From an uncultured Candidatus Binatia bacterium (lineage in GTDB: Bacteria > Desulfobacterota > Binatia > Bin18), in the NCBI GenBank assembly GCA_965200965.1, contig OZ241744.1, forward strand, positions 320,001 to 384,000: a DNA stretch of 64,000 bases, written 5' to 3'. The notes below the pieces were generated by a model that saw only the letters and a program-made list of their open reading frames with translations, was not told where the DNA came from and did no database searches. Positions 17,954 to 28,805 of the stretch are shown piece after piece; the stretch's first letter is position 1; each line of letters begins with the position of its first letter. A program made the translations under genes and the position numbers.

Positions 17954-18576
17954 GAGGAGGACGCGGCGAGCTGTTCCAGCTTGCTCCGGATGCTCTGGAC
18001 GAGGCTTTCGTATGAGGATTTGTTGATAATCCGGTTGAATTGGGTCCGGTAGTTGCGGACCATGCTGACATTTTCAATCACGACATCGTAGATGAGCCAG
18101 CGCCCTTTGACCAAGTGCAAACGGTAGTTCAGAGAGAAGGTTTTGTTCAGCGAGGGGGCTGTCACCCGAGAATCAACCTCGGCATAGGTGCCGTCAATGT
18201 ACTCGCGGTCGAAAAAAAATTCGGTATCTTCGCGGTAATTGTCCAAGGTGCTGCTGTAGGTTTTTTCAACTAAGTCTATGAAAAGGCCGATAAACTCTTC
18301 TCGCTGTTCTTCTGTCCGGTCACGCCAGTGAATCCCCAGGGTTCGTTTGGCAATTTCCCGGGAGTCAAACTGTGGCAGGGCAAGATCACGGACTCTTCTG
18401 ATGCGCTCTTCGCGCTGTTCCGGGTCCTGATAGGCTGGGTCCTGGAGAATGACAATGATCTTCTGCATGGTCGTCTGTATGGCGTTCAGGGGAGAATCGC
18501 CGGCTGAGGCCGGGCCGGGAACAGCCATACCGAGCAGGCCAAGACAGAGGATCAGGGTTCTCCCCACAGTTTTCAT
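17950..18576 (-). CDS. mlaC: MlaC/Ttg2D phospholipid-binding protein
   Basis: Signal peptide; YRLHLVKGRWLIYDVVIENVSMVRNYRTQF; operon context; start could be 18597. Confidence 0.88.
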   Translation of the reverse strand: MKTVGRTLILCLGLLGMAVPGPASAGDSPLNAIQTTMQKIIVILQDPAYQDPEQREERIRRVRDLALPQFDSREIAKRTLGIHWRDRTEEQREEFIGLFIDLVEKTYSSTLDNYREDTEFFFDREYIDGTYAEVDSRVTAPSLNKTFSLNYRLHLVKGRWLIYDVVIENVSMVRNYRTQFNRIINKSSYESLVQSIRSKLEQLAASSS

Positions 18577-18602
18577 GCGACCTTCCCCAGCGTCCATCTT
18601 GC

Positions 18603-19385
18603 CTATTCCTCAACCGCGTTGGCCCGCCGTTGCAGATAGCCATCTTGAACCGCCCCGTACAGATCAACCGAGACGAGCTCAACCTGTTCAAAGAGGTCCA
18701 GGTTGAGGGAACGAAAGTTGACCGCGTTGGCGACGGTCAGGCCGCCCTGGCTGGCAAAGACTTCCGGGAAGGGCAGGAGATAGGTCATCGGATTCATCGC
18801 GCTGTCAACGACAAAGCCAAAGGCGTCGCGAACGCTTGAGGGGCCGTAGAAAGGCAGCATCAGATACGGCCCGCTTGAGATCCCGTAGTGGCCGAGCGTC
18901 TGGCCGAAGTCTTCGGTACTCGGCTGCCAGCCGAACAGATCGTCGGCCACGTCAAAAAAGCCGACCCCACCGAGGATCGTATTGACCGCAAAACGGCCGA
19001 CTTCACGGCCGGCTCCGTCAATTTTTCCCTGGAGTGCGCTGTTCACAAAGCGCGGCAGCACGCCCAGGTTTTTGAAGAAACGATCAATGCCGCGCTGACC
19101 CGGCTCGGGAACCACTTCGGCATAGCCGGTCGCCACCGGTCGTAAGACATATTCGTCAAGCTTGAGGTTGAAGGTGAACATGGGCTGGTTAAACGACTCC
19201 CACGGGTCGGAGGGCATCTGGGCTTCATACGGCTCTTGCGGAGTTTGGGCCGGATTTTGGGCAAAGGCCGGAGAAGGGCTGAAGATCAACAGGATGAGGA
19301 GGGGGGCGGTGATGAAGGCGGCAGACAGGCTCTCCCTGTTGACTGTGGCACTGTCGCTGGTATGAGGCCGAGCGGTATGGCGCAT
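18603..19385 (-). CDS. mlaA: MlaA/VacJ family protein
   Basis: DPWESFNQPMFTFN, RFAVNTILGGVGFFD, EDFGQTLGHYG, GPYLMLPFYGPSSVRD. Confidence 0.92.
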   Translation of the reverse strand: MRHTARPHTSDSATVNRESLSAAFITAPLLILLIFSPSPAFAQNPAQTPQEPYEAQMPSDPWESFNQPMFTFNLKLDEYVLRPVATGYAEVVPEPGQRGIDRFFKNLGVLPRFVNSALQGKIDGAGREVGRFAVNTILGGVGFFDVADDLFGWQPSTEDFGQTLGHYGISSGPYLMLPFYGPSSVRDAFGFVVDSAMNPMTYLLPFPEVFASQGGLTVANAVNFRSLNLDLFEQVELVSVDLYGAVQDGYLQRRANAVEE

Positions 19386-19392
19386 TGCTTCC

Positions 19393-19896
19393 TTACTCAA
19401 GACCCAGGTCAAACGTGCCGGCTGCCGCCGCGCTGTCGGCTTGGCTGGCCGCGTTCAGGCTGCCGAACAGGAATTGGCCGACGATGTCAAAGATATCGAC
19501 CGGAGGCTCGGTGTGCTGAATCCGGCCCCCCGGGCTGATTGTTTCGGCTGCCGGCCCAATTTCAATCTCAATAAAGCGCTCGCCAATCAGGCCGGCCGTC
19601 TTGATCGCCGCCCGGCTGTCCTGGGGCAGTTGAATATCCGGCTGGATGCTCAGCGTTGCTTGGGCTTTTGTCAGTGTGTCTGTCAAGACCACCGACTCAA
19701 CCCGTCCGATTTCTACCCCGGCCACCTCAACCCGTGCGCCGCTCTGCAAGCCGCCGGCGTCGGAAAACTCGGCCGTGACCCGGTAGTACTGCGTCCCGGC
19801 GAAGCTGACCTGACCAAACTGCAAGGACAGATAGATCAGACCGCCTATGACCAGCACGACCAGCCAGCCGACCAGGAGTTCTGCGTCAAGTTTCAT
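19393..19896 (-). CDS. mlaD: MlaD MCE-domain protein
   Basis: N-terminal TM, AGGLQSGARVEVAGVEIGRV, IKTAGLIGERFIEI. Confidence 0.9.
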   Translation of the reverse strand: MKLDAELLVGWLVVLVIGGLIYLSLQFGQVSFAGTQYYRVTAEFSDAGGLQSGARVEVAGVEIGRVESVVLTDTLTKAQATLSIQPDIQLPQDSRAAIKTAGLIGERFIEIEIGPAAETISPGGRIQHTEPPVDIFDIVGQFLFGSLNAASQADSAAAAGTFDLGLE

Positions 19897-19897
19897 C

Positions 19898-20644
19898 TTA
19901 CTGCGCCTCAATCGGCCCCTGGGTGCGACCGTTTATGAACTGCTGGACGACCGGGTCGGTTGAGTCTTGCAGTTCTTCAGGCGTGCCGGCTGCTACAATG
20001 GAACCCTGATTCAGCATAGCGATATGTGTGGCCAGTGAAAAGACCTCCGGGATATCGTGGCTGACCACAACCGCAGTAAAGTTGAGCAAGCCGTGCAAGT
20101 CAAGAATGAGTTGGTGGATGGTGTTCACCCGAATGGGGTCAAGGCCGGTGGTCGGCTCGTCAAACAGGACGATTTCGGGGTCGGTCACCAGTGCCCGGGC
20201 CAGTGCAGCCCGCTTGCGCATGCCGCCTGACAACTCAGATGGGAATTTTGCATCTACGCCGGACAGGTCAACCTGGGCCAGCCGTTCGTGTACCCTGTCG
20301 CCGATCATGGCTTCTGTCAGGCGCGTTTTTTCGCGCAGCGGAAAAGCGACATTGTCGTACACCGATAGCGAGTCAAACAGGGCCCCGCCCTGGAACAGCA
20401 TACTGAAACGGTCTCGCACCCGGTTCAGGGCACGGCCGCGCAAGGCGCTGAGCTCGACATTATCGACCCACACCCGTCCGCTGTCCGGCCGCAGCAGGCC
20501 GATAAGGTGCTTGAGCAGGCAGCTTTTGCCCGTCCCGCTGCTGCCCACGATCACAAAAATTGTTCCGGTTGGGATCTCAAGATTGATTCCCCGCAACACA
20601 TGCTGGGAGCCGAATGACTTATGCAGGTTGTGAATCCGGATCAT
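19898..20644 (-). CDS. mlaF: MlaF ABC ATPase
   Basis: GSSGTGKS, FQGGALFDS, LSGGMRKR, FDEPTTGLDP. Confidence 0.92.
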   Translation of the reverse strand: MIRIHNLHKSFGSQHVLRGINLEIPTGTIFVIVGSSGTGKSCLLKHLIGLLRPDSGRVWVDNVELSALRGRALNRVRDRFSMLFQGGALFDSLSVYDNVAFPLREKTRLTEAMIGDRVHERLAQVDLSGVDAKFPSELSGGMRKRAALARALVTDPEIVLFDEPTTGLDPIRVNTIHQLILDLHGLLNFTAVVVSHDIPEVFSLATHIAMLNQGSIVAAGTPEELQDSTDPVVQQFINGRTQGPIEAQ

Positions 20645-20650
20645 ATCGTA

Positions 20651-21427
20651 TCAGAACAGCAGTGAGCCGAGGAGATAGTCCCAGACCAGGATCAGCACCG
20701 AGCACATCACCACGGCCTGGGTCGTGGCCAGACTCACCCCCTCAGCCCCGCGCGCCGCATAAAAGCCTTTGAAGCAGCACACCCAGGCCACAATAGCGCC
20801 AAATGAGAACGATTTGTATATCCCGGTCCACACGTCGTGCGAGGTCACCGCACTGGCCATCTGCGAGAAATAGCTGCCAACGCTCACCCCCAGCAGTTGC
20901 ACGCCGACCACATAGCCGCCATAGATACCGACCACGGTAAAGATGCTGCTCAGGATGGGAAAGGCGATCAGGGAGGCTAGAAGAATAGGCACGGCCAGGT
21001 ACTTCACGGGATGAATGGCCATGACCTCAAGCGCGTCAATCTGCTCGGTAATGCGCATGATGCCCAGCTCGGCGGTAAGGGCTGAGCCGGCTCGGGCGGT
21101 AATCATCAGCGACGACAGGACCGGACCAAGTTCAAGAATCAGCGCGAGGCCGACCATCGGGCCGAGCGCCGCCTCGCCGCCAAACCGTCGCAGTGCAATA
21201 TAGCCCTGGAGGGCGATGACCATGCCGGTGAACGCGCCGGTGAAGATAATCAGCAACAGAGAGCGGGCACCAATGAAGTACAGACGGCGGAGCAACTGCT
21301 TGAGCCGCAGCGGGGGCAGGAAAAGATGGGCCAGGACGGTACTCAGAAAGAGCCCCATGCGGCCCATTTCACGCAGGGTTTCCAGTGAGAGCCGCCCGCA
21401 GGCGCGCACCACGGGGGTGAACATCAA
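20651..21427 (-). CDS. mlaE: MlaE permease
   Basis: ELGPVLSSL..ARAGSALTAELGIMRITEQIDALEVMAI, GAEGVSLATTQAVV. Confidence 0.93.
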   Translation of the reverse strand: MMFTPVVRACGRLSLETLREMGRMGLFLSTVLAHLFLPPLRLKQLLRRLYFIGARSLLLIIFTGAFTGMVIALQGYIALRRFGGEAALGPMVGLALILELGPVLSSLMITARAGSALTAELGIMRITEQIDALEVMAIHPVKYLAVPILLASLIAFPILSSIFTVVGIYGGYVVGVQLLGVSVGSYFSQMASAVTSHDVWTGIYKSFSFGAIVAWVCCFKGFYAARGAEGVSLATTQAVVMCSVLILVWDYLLGSLLF

Positions 21428-21640
21428 GGCTCCTTATCTGCCGCTGTTGCCTGTCGAGTCAGCTGGGGAACGGTCCGTCCGGGTGGCAGACTGTATACGG
21501 CGGCGAAACCCCTAGCATAGCCCCAACTTTTCCTCAAGGGAGCGGGCCGGGCCGGGCGGCCCGCCGGCTGCTTGAATATCTTGGCAAAGCGCGCTAACAG
21601 GACATGGCCGTTCGCGTCTGGACTGTGAGGAGGAAGTGTT

Positions 21641-22750
21641 ATGGTCAGTACAGCCGAAACGGCGGGGCAAGCCCGAGAAGAGCCGCACACGGCGAGCAGT
21701 ACAAAATGGGCCCAGTTCCGTACTATCCTGAGGCGTCACCAGGGCGGCAAGCTGCTGTTGATCCTGACCGGCTACCCCGACCCTGACAGTATCGCCTCGG
21801 GTTTAGCCTACCAGTTTTTGGGCGGCGAGTTTGCCATTGAGACCACCCTGCTGTGTTTTCATGAGGTCAGCCACCAGGAAAACCGGGCGATGGTCAAACG
21901 CCTGGAAATTGACCTCGTCCTGTATGACGAGACGTTTGACCTGGAACCCTACGATTTGTATGCCTTTGTCGATACCCAAAAGACGGACACGCCGATTTCA
22001 GATCGCTTGGCCGGCAAAACCTTTGTGTCCTTTGTTGACCATCATAAACGACTTGGCGAGGTCTCGGCCGAGTTTGTCGATATCCGCGAAGATGTCGGCT
22101 CGACCTGTGCCATTTATGTTGAATACCTGCGCGCCCAATACCCGAACGGCCTCGATCCGAGTGAAACCGCTCAAACCCGTCTGGCCACGGCCCTGATGCA
22201 CGGTATTCGGACCGATACGATGGCTCTGCTTGAGGCGACGCGTCTGGAGTTTGAAGCCGCCGCCTATCTGTGGCCGTGCGTCGATCAGGCTCTGCTCAAA
22301 AAGATTTCCGACCAGTCCTTAGCCCCGGCGGTGATGGATATGATCCAAAAGGCGCTGGAGAACAAGCAGGTTTTTGACAGCCTGATCCTGACCAATGTGG
22401 GCTTTGTGCGTCCCGAGCACCGTGACGGGATCCCGCAGGTGACCGAATTTTTACTGCAACGCGACGGCACCGACACGGTCTTGGTCTTTGGTATCGTTGC
22501 CGGCAAAACGGTTGACGGCTCGCTGCGTACCCGCAGCGATACGATCACTCCGGATACGTTTCTGAAGAAAGCCTTTGGCGTGGACGAGTCAAAAAAGAGC
22601 TACTACGGCGGGGGGAATATCAGGGATAAAGGCGGATTCCAGATTCCCCTCGGCTTTCTGGCTCAAACGACCGACCGTGATGGCTTGTACAACATGGCCT
22701 GTGGGGTTATCCAAGAGCGCTTTCTGGAGGCGCTCGGCCGCAAAGAGTAG
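21641..22750 (+). CDS. DHH family phosphoesterase
   Basis: [22 protein letters not shown]-terminal [12 protein letters not shown]; GAGGAGG RBS. Confidence 0.88.
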   Translation: MVSTAETAGQAREEPHTASSTKWAQFRTILRRHQGGKLLLILTGYPDPDSIASGLAYQFLGGEFAIETTLLCFHEVSHQENRAMVKRLEIDLVLYDETFDLEPYDLYAFVDTQKTDTPISDRLAGKTFVSFVDHHKRLGEVSAEFVDIREDVGSTCAIYVEYLRAQYPNGLDPSETAQTRLATALMHGIRTDTMALLEATRLEFEAAAYLWPCVDQALLKKISDQSLAPAVMDMIQKALENKQVFDSLILTNVGFVRPEHRDGIPQVTEFLLQRDGTDTVLVFGIVAGKTVDGSLRTRSDTITPDTFLKKAFGVDESKKSYYGGGNIRDKGGFQIPLGFLAQTTDRDGLYNMACGVIQERFLEALGRKE

Positions 22751-22790
22751 GGTGGGCCTCTCAAACACAGCCGAAACAAAGGAGGGCCAT

Positions 22791-24743
22791 ATGGCAGAAC
22801 ACGAGAGCGGTGAACTGGTCTATGATATTCCGGCCGCAGTCAAGGGACAGGCTGCCATTGACCCGGACACCTACGAGCAGCTGTATCAACGCTCGGTAGA
22901 CGACCCCGAGGGGTTCTGGGCCGAGCAGGCGGACGCCTTTGTGAGTTGGTTCAAAAAGTGGGACACCGTCCTGGAGTGGGATTTTCATACGGCCCAGACC
23001 AAGTGGTTTCTGGGCGGGAAACTGAACGTCTCCTACAACTGCCTCGACCGGCACGTTGAGGCCGGAGCCGGGCGACAAACGGCGCTTATCTGGCAGGGCA
23101 ATGAGGCATCGGAATCGCGCCAACTGAGCTACGCCGAACTGCTGGATCGGGTGTGCCAGTTTGCCAATGCTCTGAAAGCCTTGGGGGTCAACAAGGGCGA
23201 CCGCGTTTGCATCTATATGCAGATGATACCTGAACTGGCTGTCGCCATGCTGGCCTGTACCCGTATCGGCGCGGTCCATTCGATCGTGTTTGGTGCCTTT
23301 TCACCCGACTCTTTGCGGGACCGCATCCAAGACTCGAGCTGTAAGGTCTTGATTACCCAGGATACCGGCTTACGCGGAGCCAAAAACGATATTCCGATGA
23401 AGGCCAACGCCGACGCCGCGGTTGCCGACTGCCCCTCAATTGAAAAAGTTGTGGTCGTGCAACGGACCGCTCACCCGGTGGCCATGCAGGCCGAGCGCGA
23501 CCTGTGGTGGCACGCACTAGTCGCCGAGCAGTCCACCGACTGTCCGCCCGAACACCTGGACGCTGAGGACCCACTGTTCATCCTGTACACCTCCGGCTCA
23601 ACCGGCAAACCCAAGGGCGTGTTACACACCACCGGCGGCTATCTGGTCTACGCCTCAATTACGCACAAATATGTGTTTGACTATCGTCCCGGCGACATCT
23701 ACTGGTGTACCGCGGATATCGGCTGGGTCACTGGCCACAGCTATATTGTCTATGGACCGCTCAGCAATCGGGCCACGACAATGATGTTTGAGGGCGTGCC
23801 CAATTACCCGGACTTTGGGCGCTTCTGGCAGATCGTGGAGCAGCACAAGGTCACTATCTTCTATACTGCCCCGACCGCCCTGCGGGCGCTGATGAAAGAG
23901 GGCGACAGCTGGCCGGAACAATACGCTCTGTCCAGTCTGCGTATCCTGGGCACGGTTGGCGAGCCGATTAAAAGCCCCGAGTGGCACTGGTATTACCGGA
24001 CCATCGGCAAAGAACGCTGCCCGATTGTCGATACCTGGTGGCAGACAGAGACCGGCGGCATCCTGATTACACCCCTGCCCGGAGCGACCAAAACCAAGCC
24101 CGGTTCGGCCACCCGGCCGTTTTTTGGTGCCCAACCCTGCCTGGTCGATGACCAGGGCAAGGAACTCGAGGGCAACGGCGTGTCGGGCAATCTGTGCCTC
24201 AAGTTCCCCTGGCCGGGCATCATGCGGACGGTGTACGGCGACCACGAGCGGTTTCGCCAAACGTATTTTTCCATGTATCCGGGCAAATACTTTACCGGCG
24301 ACGGCTGCCGGCGGGATGAGGACGGCTATTACTGGATTACCGGCCGGGTTGACGATGTCATCAATGTCTCAGGCCACCGCTTGGGGACCGCCGAGGTTGA
24401 AGGTGCGCTGGGCAAACATCCAGCGGTGGCCGAGGCTGCGGTGGTGGGCATGCCCCACGAGCTGAAAGGCCAGGGGATCTACGCCTTTGTGACGCTCAAA
24501 ACCGGCCAACAGTCCTCCCCGGACCTGATACAAGAGTTGATTGCCACCGTCCGTCGGGAGATCGGCCCTCACGCCAGCCCAGACAAGCTCCAGTTTGCCG
24601 AGGGCTTGCCCAAAACGCGCAGCGGCAAGATCATGCGCCGCATTCTGCGCAAGATCGGGGAAGGGGCGCTTGATCAGCTCGGTGATACCTCCACTCTGGC
24701 CGACCCGTCGGTGGTCAATCAGCTGGTGGCCGGCAGACAGTAG
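22791..24743 (+). CDS. acs: Acetate--CoA ligase
   Basis: [53 protein letters not shown]; AAGGAGG RBS before ATG 22791. Confidence 0.96.
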   Translation: MAEHESGELVYDIPAAVKGQAAIDPDTYEQLYQRSVDDPEGFWAEQADAFVSWFKKWDTVLEWDFHTAQTKWFLGGKLNVSYNCLDRHVEAGAGRQTALIWQGNEASESRQLSYAELLDRVCQFANALKALGVNKGDRVCIYMQMIPELAVAMLACTRIGAVHSIVFGAFSPDSLRDRIQDSSCKVLITQDTGLRGAKNDIPMKANADAAVADCPSIEKVVVVQRTAHPVAMQAERDLWWHALVAEQSTDCPPEHLDAEDPLFILYTSGSTGKPKGVLHTTGGYLVYASITHKYVFDYRPGDIYWCTADIGWVTGHSYIVYGPLSNRATTMMFEGVPNYPDFGRFWQIVEQHKVTIFYTAPTALRALMKEGDSWPEQYALSSLRILGTVGEPIKSPEWHWYYRTIGKERCPIVDTWWQTETGGILITPLPGATKTKPGSATRPFFGAQPCLVDDQGKELEGNGVSGNLCLKFPWPGIMRTVYGDHERFRQTYFSMYPGKYFTGDGCRRDEDGYYWITGRVDDVINVSGHRLGTAEVEGALGKHPAVAEAAVVGMPHELKGQGIYAFVTLKTGQQSSPDLIQELIATVRREIGPHASPDKLQFAEGLPKTRSGKIMRRILRKIGEGALDQLGDTSTLADPSVVNQLVAGRQ

Positions 24744-24789
24744 GAACAGTTCGGCGAGCGGATTCCCCCCTTCGCCTGGCAGCAACAGC

Positions 24790-26277
24790 ATGGCGCTTCG
24801 TTTTCATAACACCCTCACCGGCAGAGCCGAGGAGTTCGTTTCCCTGACCCCCGGCAAAGTCGGTATGTATGTGTGCGGGGTGACGGTCTACGACCGCTCG
24901 CACCTTGGACATGCGCGCGCCCTGGTGGCCTTTGATGTCATCTACCGCTACCTGCGCTTTCTGGGCTACGAGGTCAGCTTTGTGCGCAACTTCACCGATG
25001 TTGATGACAAAATCATCAACCGGGCCAATGAGCGGGGGATATCGGCCCGGGAGCTCTCCGAGACCTGTATCCGTGAGTTTGGCGAGGACATGCGGGCGCT
25101 GGGCTGTCTGTCGCCGACCGTGGAGCCCCGGGCCACGCGGCATATCCCCGACATGATTGACCTGATTCAGGATTTGGAAGCCAGGGGCCTGGCCTATGCG
25201 GTTGGGGGCGATGTGTATTATGCGGTTGATCGCTTTGCCGCTTATGGCAAGCTCTCGCATCGCCGGCTCGACGATATGCTGGCCGGTGCCCGGGTGGAGG
25301 TCAATGAGCGCAAACGGTATGCCCTGGATTTTGCCCTGTGGAAGGCCAGCAAGCCCGGCGAACCCGAATGGAACAGCCCCTGGGGCAAAGGGCGGCCCGG
25401 CTGGCATATTGAGTGCTCGGCCATGAGCAGCCGCTATCTGGGCCAGCCGTTTGATATTCATGGCGGTGGGGCGGATCTCATCTTTCCCCACCATGAGAAC
25501 GAGATTGCGCAGTCCGAAGGCGCGCAAGACCGTCCCTTTGCCCGCTATTGGCTACACAACGGTATGGTCACCGTTGAGGGCGAAAAGATGTCGAAATCGC
25601 TGGGGAATTTTCTGACCATTGGCCAAGTGTTGGAATCGCACGCGGCCGAGACCTTGCGGATGGTGTTGTTATCAACCCAGTACCGTATGCCGCTCGATTT
25701 CTCGGCCCGGAAGATGGACGAGGCCGCCAAGAGTCTCCGCCGCGCCTACCAGACCCTGGCCCGTATTGACCAGGCACTCGGGTCGGATGCCGAGCGGGAG
25801 CAGATCCCCCATCGCACCGCGGACCGGGCCACAGACTCTCCAGTCCTGAGCCGCTTTCAGGACGCTATGAATGACGACTGCAACACCCCTCGGGTGCTTG
25901 GCGTGGTGTTTGAGACGGTCCGGGAGGCCAACCGTCGGCTTGACGCCGGCCAACTTGGCACGCTGGCCCACCTCCGCCAAGACCTCACCACCATCGGCGG
26001 GGTGCTGGGAATGTTGCAGGAGCCGCCCGAACAATTTTTGCAGCGGGCCCAACAACAAGGACTAGCCACCACCAGCCTGAGCCCGCAGATGATCGAACAA
26101 CTGATCGCCGACCGAGTTGCGGCCCGCAAAGTGAAAGACTTCAAAAAAGCTGACGCTATCCGCGATCAGCTCCACGCCCAAGGGATTGTGCTCAAAGATT
26201 CTCCAACCGGAACGACCTGGACCGTTGACCCCGGGCGAATCCCTCCGCCCTCCTGGCGTCCGCTCCTGAGCAGGTAG
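24790..26277 (+). CDS. cysS: Cysteine--tRNA ligase
   Basis: MYVCGVTVYD, HLGH, GRPGWHIECSAM, DIHGGGADLIFPHHENE, KMSKS. Confidence 0.96.
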   Translation: MALRFHNTLTGRAEEFVSLTPGKVGMYVCGVTVYDRSHLGHARALVAFDVIYRYLRFLGYEVSFVRNFTDVDDKIINRANERGISARELSETCIREFGEDMRALGCLSPTVEPRATRHIPDMIDLIQDLEARGLAYAVGGDVYYAVDRFAAYGKLSHRRLDDMLAGARVEVNERKRYALDFALWKASKPGEPEWNSPWGKGRPGWHIECSAMSSRYLGQPFDIHGGGADLIFPHHENEIAQSEGAQDRPFARYWLHNGMVTVEGEKMSKSLGNFLTIGQVLESHAAETLRMVLLSTQYRMPLDFSARKMDEAAKSLRRAYQTLARIDQALGSDAEREQIPHRTADRATDSPVLSRFQDAMNDDCNTPRVLGVVFETVREANRRLDAGQLGTLAHLRQDLTTIGGVLGMLQEPPEQFLQRAQQQGLATTSLSPQMIEQLIADRVAARKVKDFKKADAIRDQLHAQGIVLKDSPTGTTWTVDPGRIPPPSWRPLLSR

Positions 26278-27578
26278 TTGCGGGAAAAAATTGTTGCATT
26301 ATTGCTGGGGATATGCTCGTTGAAATACCACTCGGCCTGCCACTCCGCAGGGGAAGTGTGGACGGCCGGGGCCTCAAAGGTTGTGGCGTGGGGAGCCTGC
26401 ATATCGACCATCACCGCTTGGGGCATGAAGGCCCACTCGTCGCTGTAGTTGTACTGCGCGCCTTCGAGCGGGTTGATGGGATAGCGGTCGTGGGGCTTGT
26501 CGGTATAGGCGATGCTGCGCAGGAAGACCTTCCACAGATCACCCTGGAGGTCGTAGATTTCCTGGATCACCGGGGCAAAGAACTCTTGATCGATATACAG
26601 CACCCGCTTGGAGTAGGTATAGCGTCCGCTATAGCCGACAGGGGTGGCTTCGACGACCCACACCCGCCGTTTCTCCCACGGCACGCAGGGCAGGGCGGCC
26701 AGGATACCCCGATTCTCGTTCTGGGCCGCGCACCAAGCCGATGGATCGCCATATTTGTCGCTATGCACCACGGCCAGGATGTCCTTGTCGGCCAGCACCC
26801 GGAAGTCCCAGAAGCTGAGCTTGGCACTAAAGCCTCACCAGGAGTCCAGGTCAACATCCGTCCGCCACAGCGGAGTACTGCGGTCAACAATACTCACCCG
26901 GTGTACGCGGCGCGTCTCAGGAATATAGACGTAGGTGTCGTCAAGCGCGTCCGGGGCCTGGTAGCGGAAATACAGGATAGCGGTGCCCTTGTGATCGTTG
27001 GGGAGAAACGCGGGACCGATCAGATTGGTGTGGCTGACGCCCCGCGCGTGGGGAATGACGGGTTTGGGCTCGCTATACAGGCGACCGGTCCACATCAAGC
27101 GCCGCCACGGATAGGAAAAGGTGCGTTCAAGCTCTCCTCTGGCGTTCACCGTCTGGGTCGTCGAGTCTGTGCCAAAGTTGTCAATACTGAACGGCGCATA
27201 CTCCTGGTTCCACATAATTCGAAAACCGGCCAGGGGATCGTTGAGGTCTATAGACGGAAAGGGACAGCCGGCCACATAGTTGATCAGCCGCCGTCCATCG
27301 CCGGACAGGCTGACTTGGCTGGAGAATTTCTCGGTGGCTTCTTCGTAGGCTTTGGGCCACACCACCCTTTTGGTGGCAATGATCCGCATCGGCATGCCCT
27401 GCTCCAGCATCCAGCGGGTCGCCGGGGTGAGGAGGGTTTCGGCTTGCGAGACGCTGTTTCTGGTGATGGTATCGCCGGCAGAAACCTCAGCCCCACACGG
27501 GCTGAGCAATCCGATCAGCCACAGGCTGAGTAGTCCAAGCCTTGTCGTCCACGGCTCCGTCCATACGATCTTGTGCAT
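26166..27578 (-). pseudogene. DUF1329 family secreted/outer-membrane protein interrupted by one in-frame TGA (26835-26837)
   Basis: Two ORF-track segments share one frame: signal peptide, GDTIT, NYVAGCPFPSIDLNDPLAGFRIMWN, ...DLDSW*GFSAKLSFWDFRVL..., YSKRVLYIDQE, YDLQGDLWK. Confidence 0.75.
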
Positions 27579-27727
27579 CTCAACTCCTCTGCTTGTCGTT
27601 TCGCAAGGCTGTCGTATCAAAAATTGTGGGCTTGGTGAATATCGCGGAGAGGAGGCGGCTGCCGACAAAGGACTCTGCTGAGGCGCTGGCCGGGCCTGAC
27701 CAAAAGATGCTAAGCTGGCCGCCGTGC

Positions 27728-27801
27728 GCGCCCGTAGCTCAATGGGATAGAGCGCCGGGCTTCGAACCCGTAGGTTGGGTGTTCGAGTCACCCCGGGCGC
27801 G
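27728..27801 (+). tRNA. tRNA-Arg, anticodon UCG; CCA not encoded
   Basis: Acceptor GCGCCCG/CGGGCGC, D arm GCTC/GAGC, anticodon loop CT-TCG-AA (27762-27764), T arm GGGTG-TTCGAGT-CACCC, discriminator G. Confidence 0.92.
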
Positions 27802-27802
27802 C

Positions 27803-27813
27803 TTTTTTTTTTT
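27803..27813 (+). terminator. T-tract directly after the tRNA (possible termination or processing signal)
   Basis: Run of 11 T starting 2 nt after the discriminator; no separate hairpin. Confidence 0.4.
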
Positions 27814-27837
27814 GGTCGCTGCGCGACGGCAGACCCA

Positions 27838-28788
27838 ATGAAAAAACTCTTTGAACGTCTCAGCAGACGCCCCGCCCCGCCCGCGTCTGCTCCAGCCGAA
27901 TCCCCGCTCCGGGAAGAAGAGCCGCGCCTCTCTCCTCCTGTGGCCCGCAACAACTATGTCGTTGTCATCCTCGACAGCTGTCGATTTGACGCGCTCATGA
28001 CCGCCGCGCCCAAAGCGCTGCGCTGTCTCGGACAGGTCGAACGTCGCTGGAGCTACGCGTCGTGGACCGCGCCGTCGCACTATAACCTGCTGATGGGCTT
28101 ATTGCCCCATTCCAGTCCATCGCGGGTGTACGCTTCGGAGTACTATAAGCGGGATTTTCTGAAATATAACGAGCGCTTGGGAACACGCGAGATCGCCTTC
28201 AAGAGTTTGATCCCGGAACTCTTCCTGCCCAGCTTTCTCAAACACACACTCGGCTATCGCACCCACGCCCTGGTCTCGCTGCCGGTGCTGAATCCGGCCA
28301 CGCCGCTTAACCGTGATTTTGATTCGTTCACCCTCATGCCCACCCACAACGATATGGCCGCCATGCTTGAGCGGATGACCTTTGCTGCTGAGCGCCCGTC
28401 GTTCTACCTGTTGAATGTCGGTGAGACTCATTATCCCTACGCCTTGCCGGACGAACCCGAGGCCAGGTGGCCGAAGATTCATGGCGTGCATGGGGTTTTT
28501 CAGCACCTTGACGAGATGCTGGTCGGCGGCAAGCTGCGCGGGGAGGATGGCAGAGCGCAATTTTTTGATCAGGAAGCACTTGACCAACTGCGGGAGCGGC
28601 AGATTGAGGCCGTGCGCTACCTTGACGGGGTTTTCACCCGGCTGTTTGACCTCGTTCCGGCCAATACCTACATCACCGTCACCGCCGACCACGGCGAGTT
28701 GTTCGGCGAGGCCGGCTATTTCGGCCACGGCCCCATTCAGCACGATAAGGTCTACGAAGTGCCGTTTGTTGAGGGCAAGCTGCGCTGA
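27838..28788 (+). CDS. Sulfatase-like/alkaline phosphatase superfamily metalloenzyme
   Basis: VVILDSCRFD, SWTAPSH, ETHYPY, TADHGELFGE..FGHG, VPFV; no CxPxR. Confidence 0.8.
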   Translation: MKKLFERLSRRPAPPASAPAESPLREEEPRLSPPVARNNYVVVILDSCRFDALMTAAPKALRCLGQVERRWSYASWTAPSHYNLLMGLLPHSSPSRVYASEYYKRDFLKYNERLGTREIAFKSLIPELFLPSFLKHTLGYRTHALVSLPVLNPATPLNRDFDSFTLMPTHNDMAAMLERMTFAAERPSFYLLNVGETHYPYALPDEPEARWPKIHGVHGVFQHLDEMLVGGKLRGEDGRAQFFDQEALDQLRERQIEAVRYLDGVFTRLFDLVPANTYITVTADHGELFGEAGYFGHGPIQHDKVYEVPFVEGKLR

Positions 28789-28805
28789 GCCAGTGTGAAG
28801 CCGCG

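Noticed and set aside
21560-21640. Sigma54 promoter or riboswitch in the mlaE-DHH intergenic region
   Set aside because: TGGCA is present but the GG-N10-GC spacing is not met; no recognisable riboswitch consensus.
27728-27801. tRNA as an island integration site
   Set aside because: No duplicated tRNA 3' end and no integrase seen in the window.
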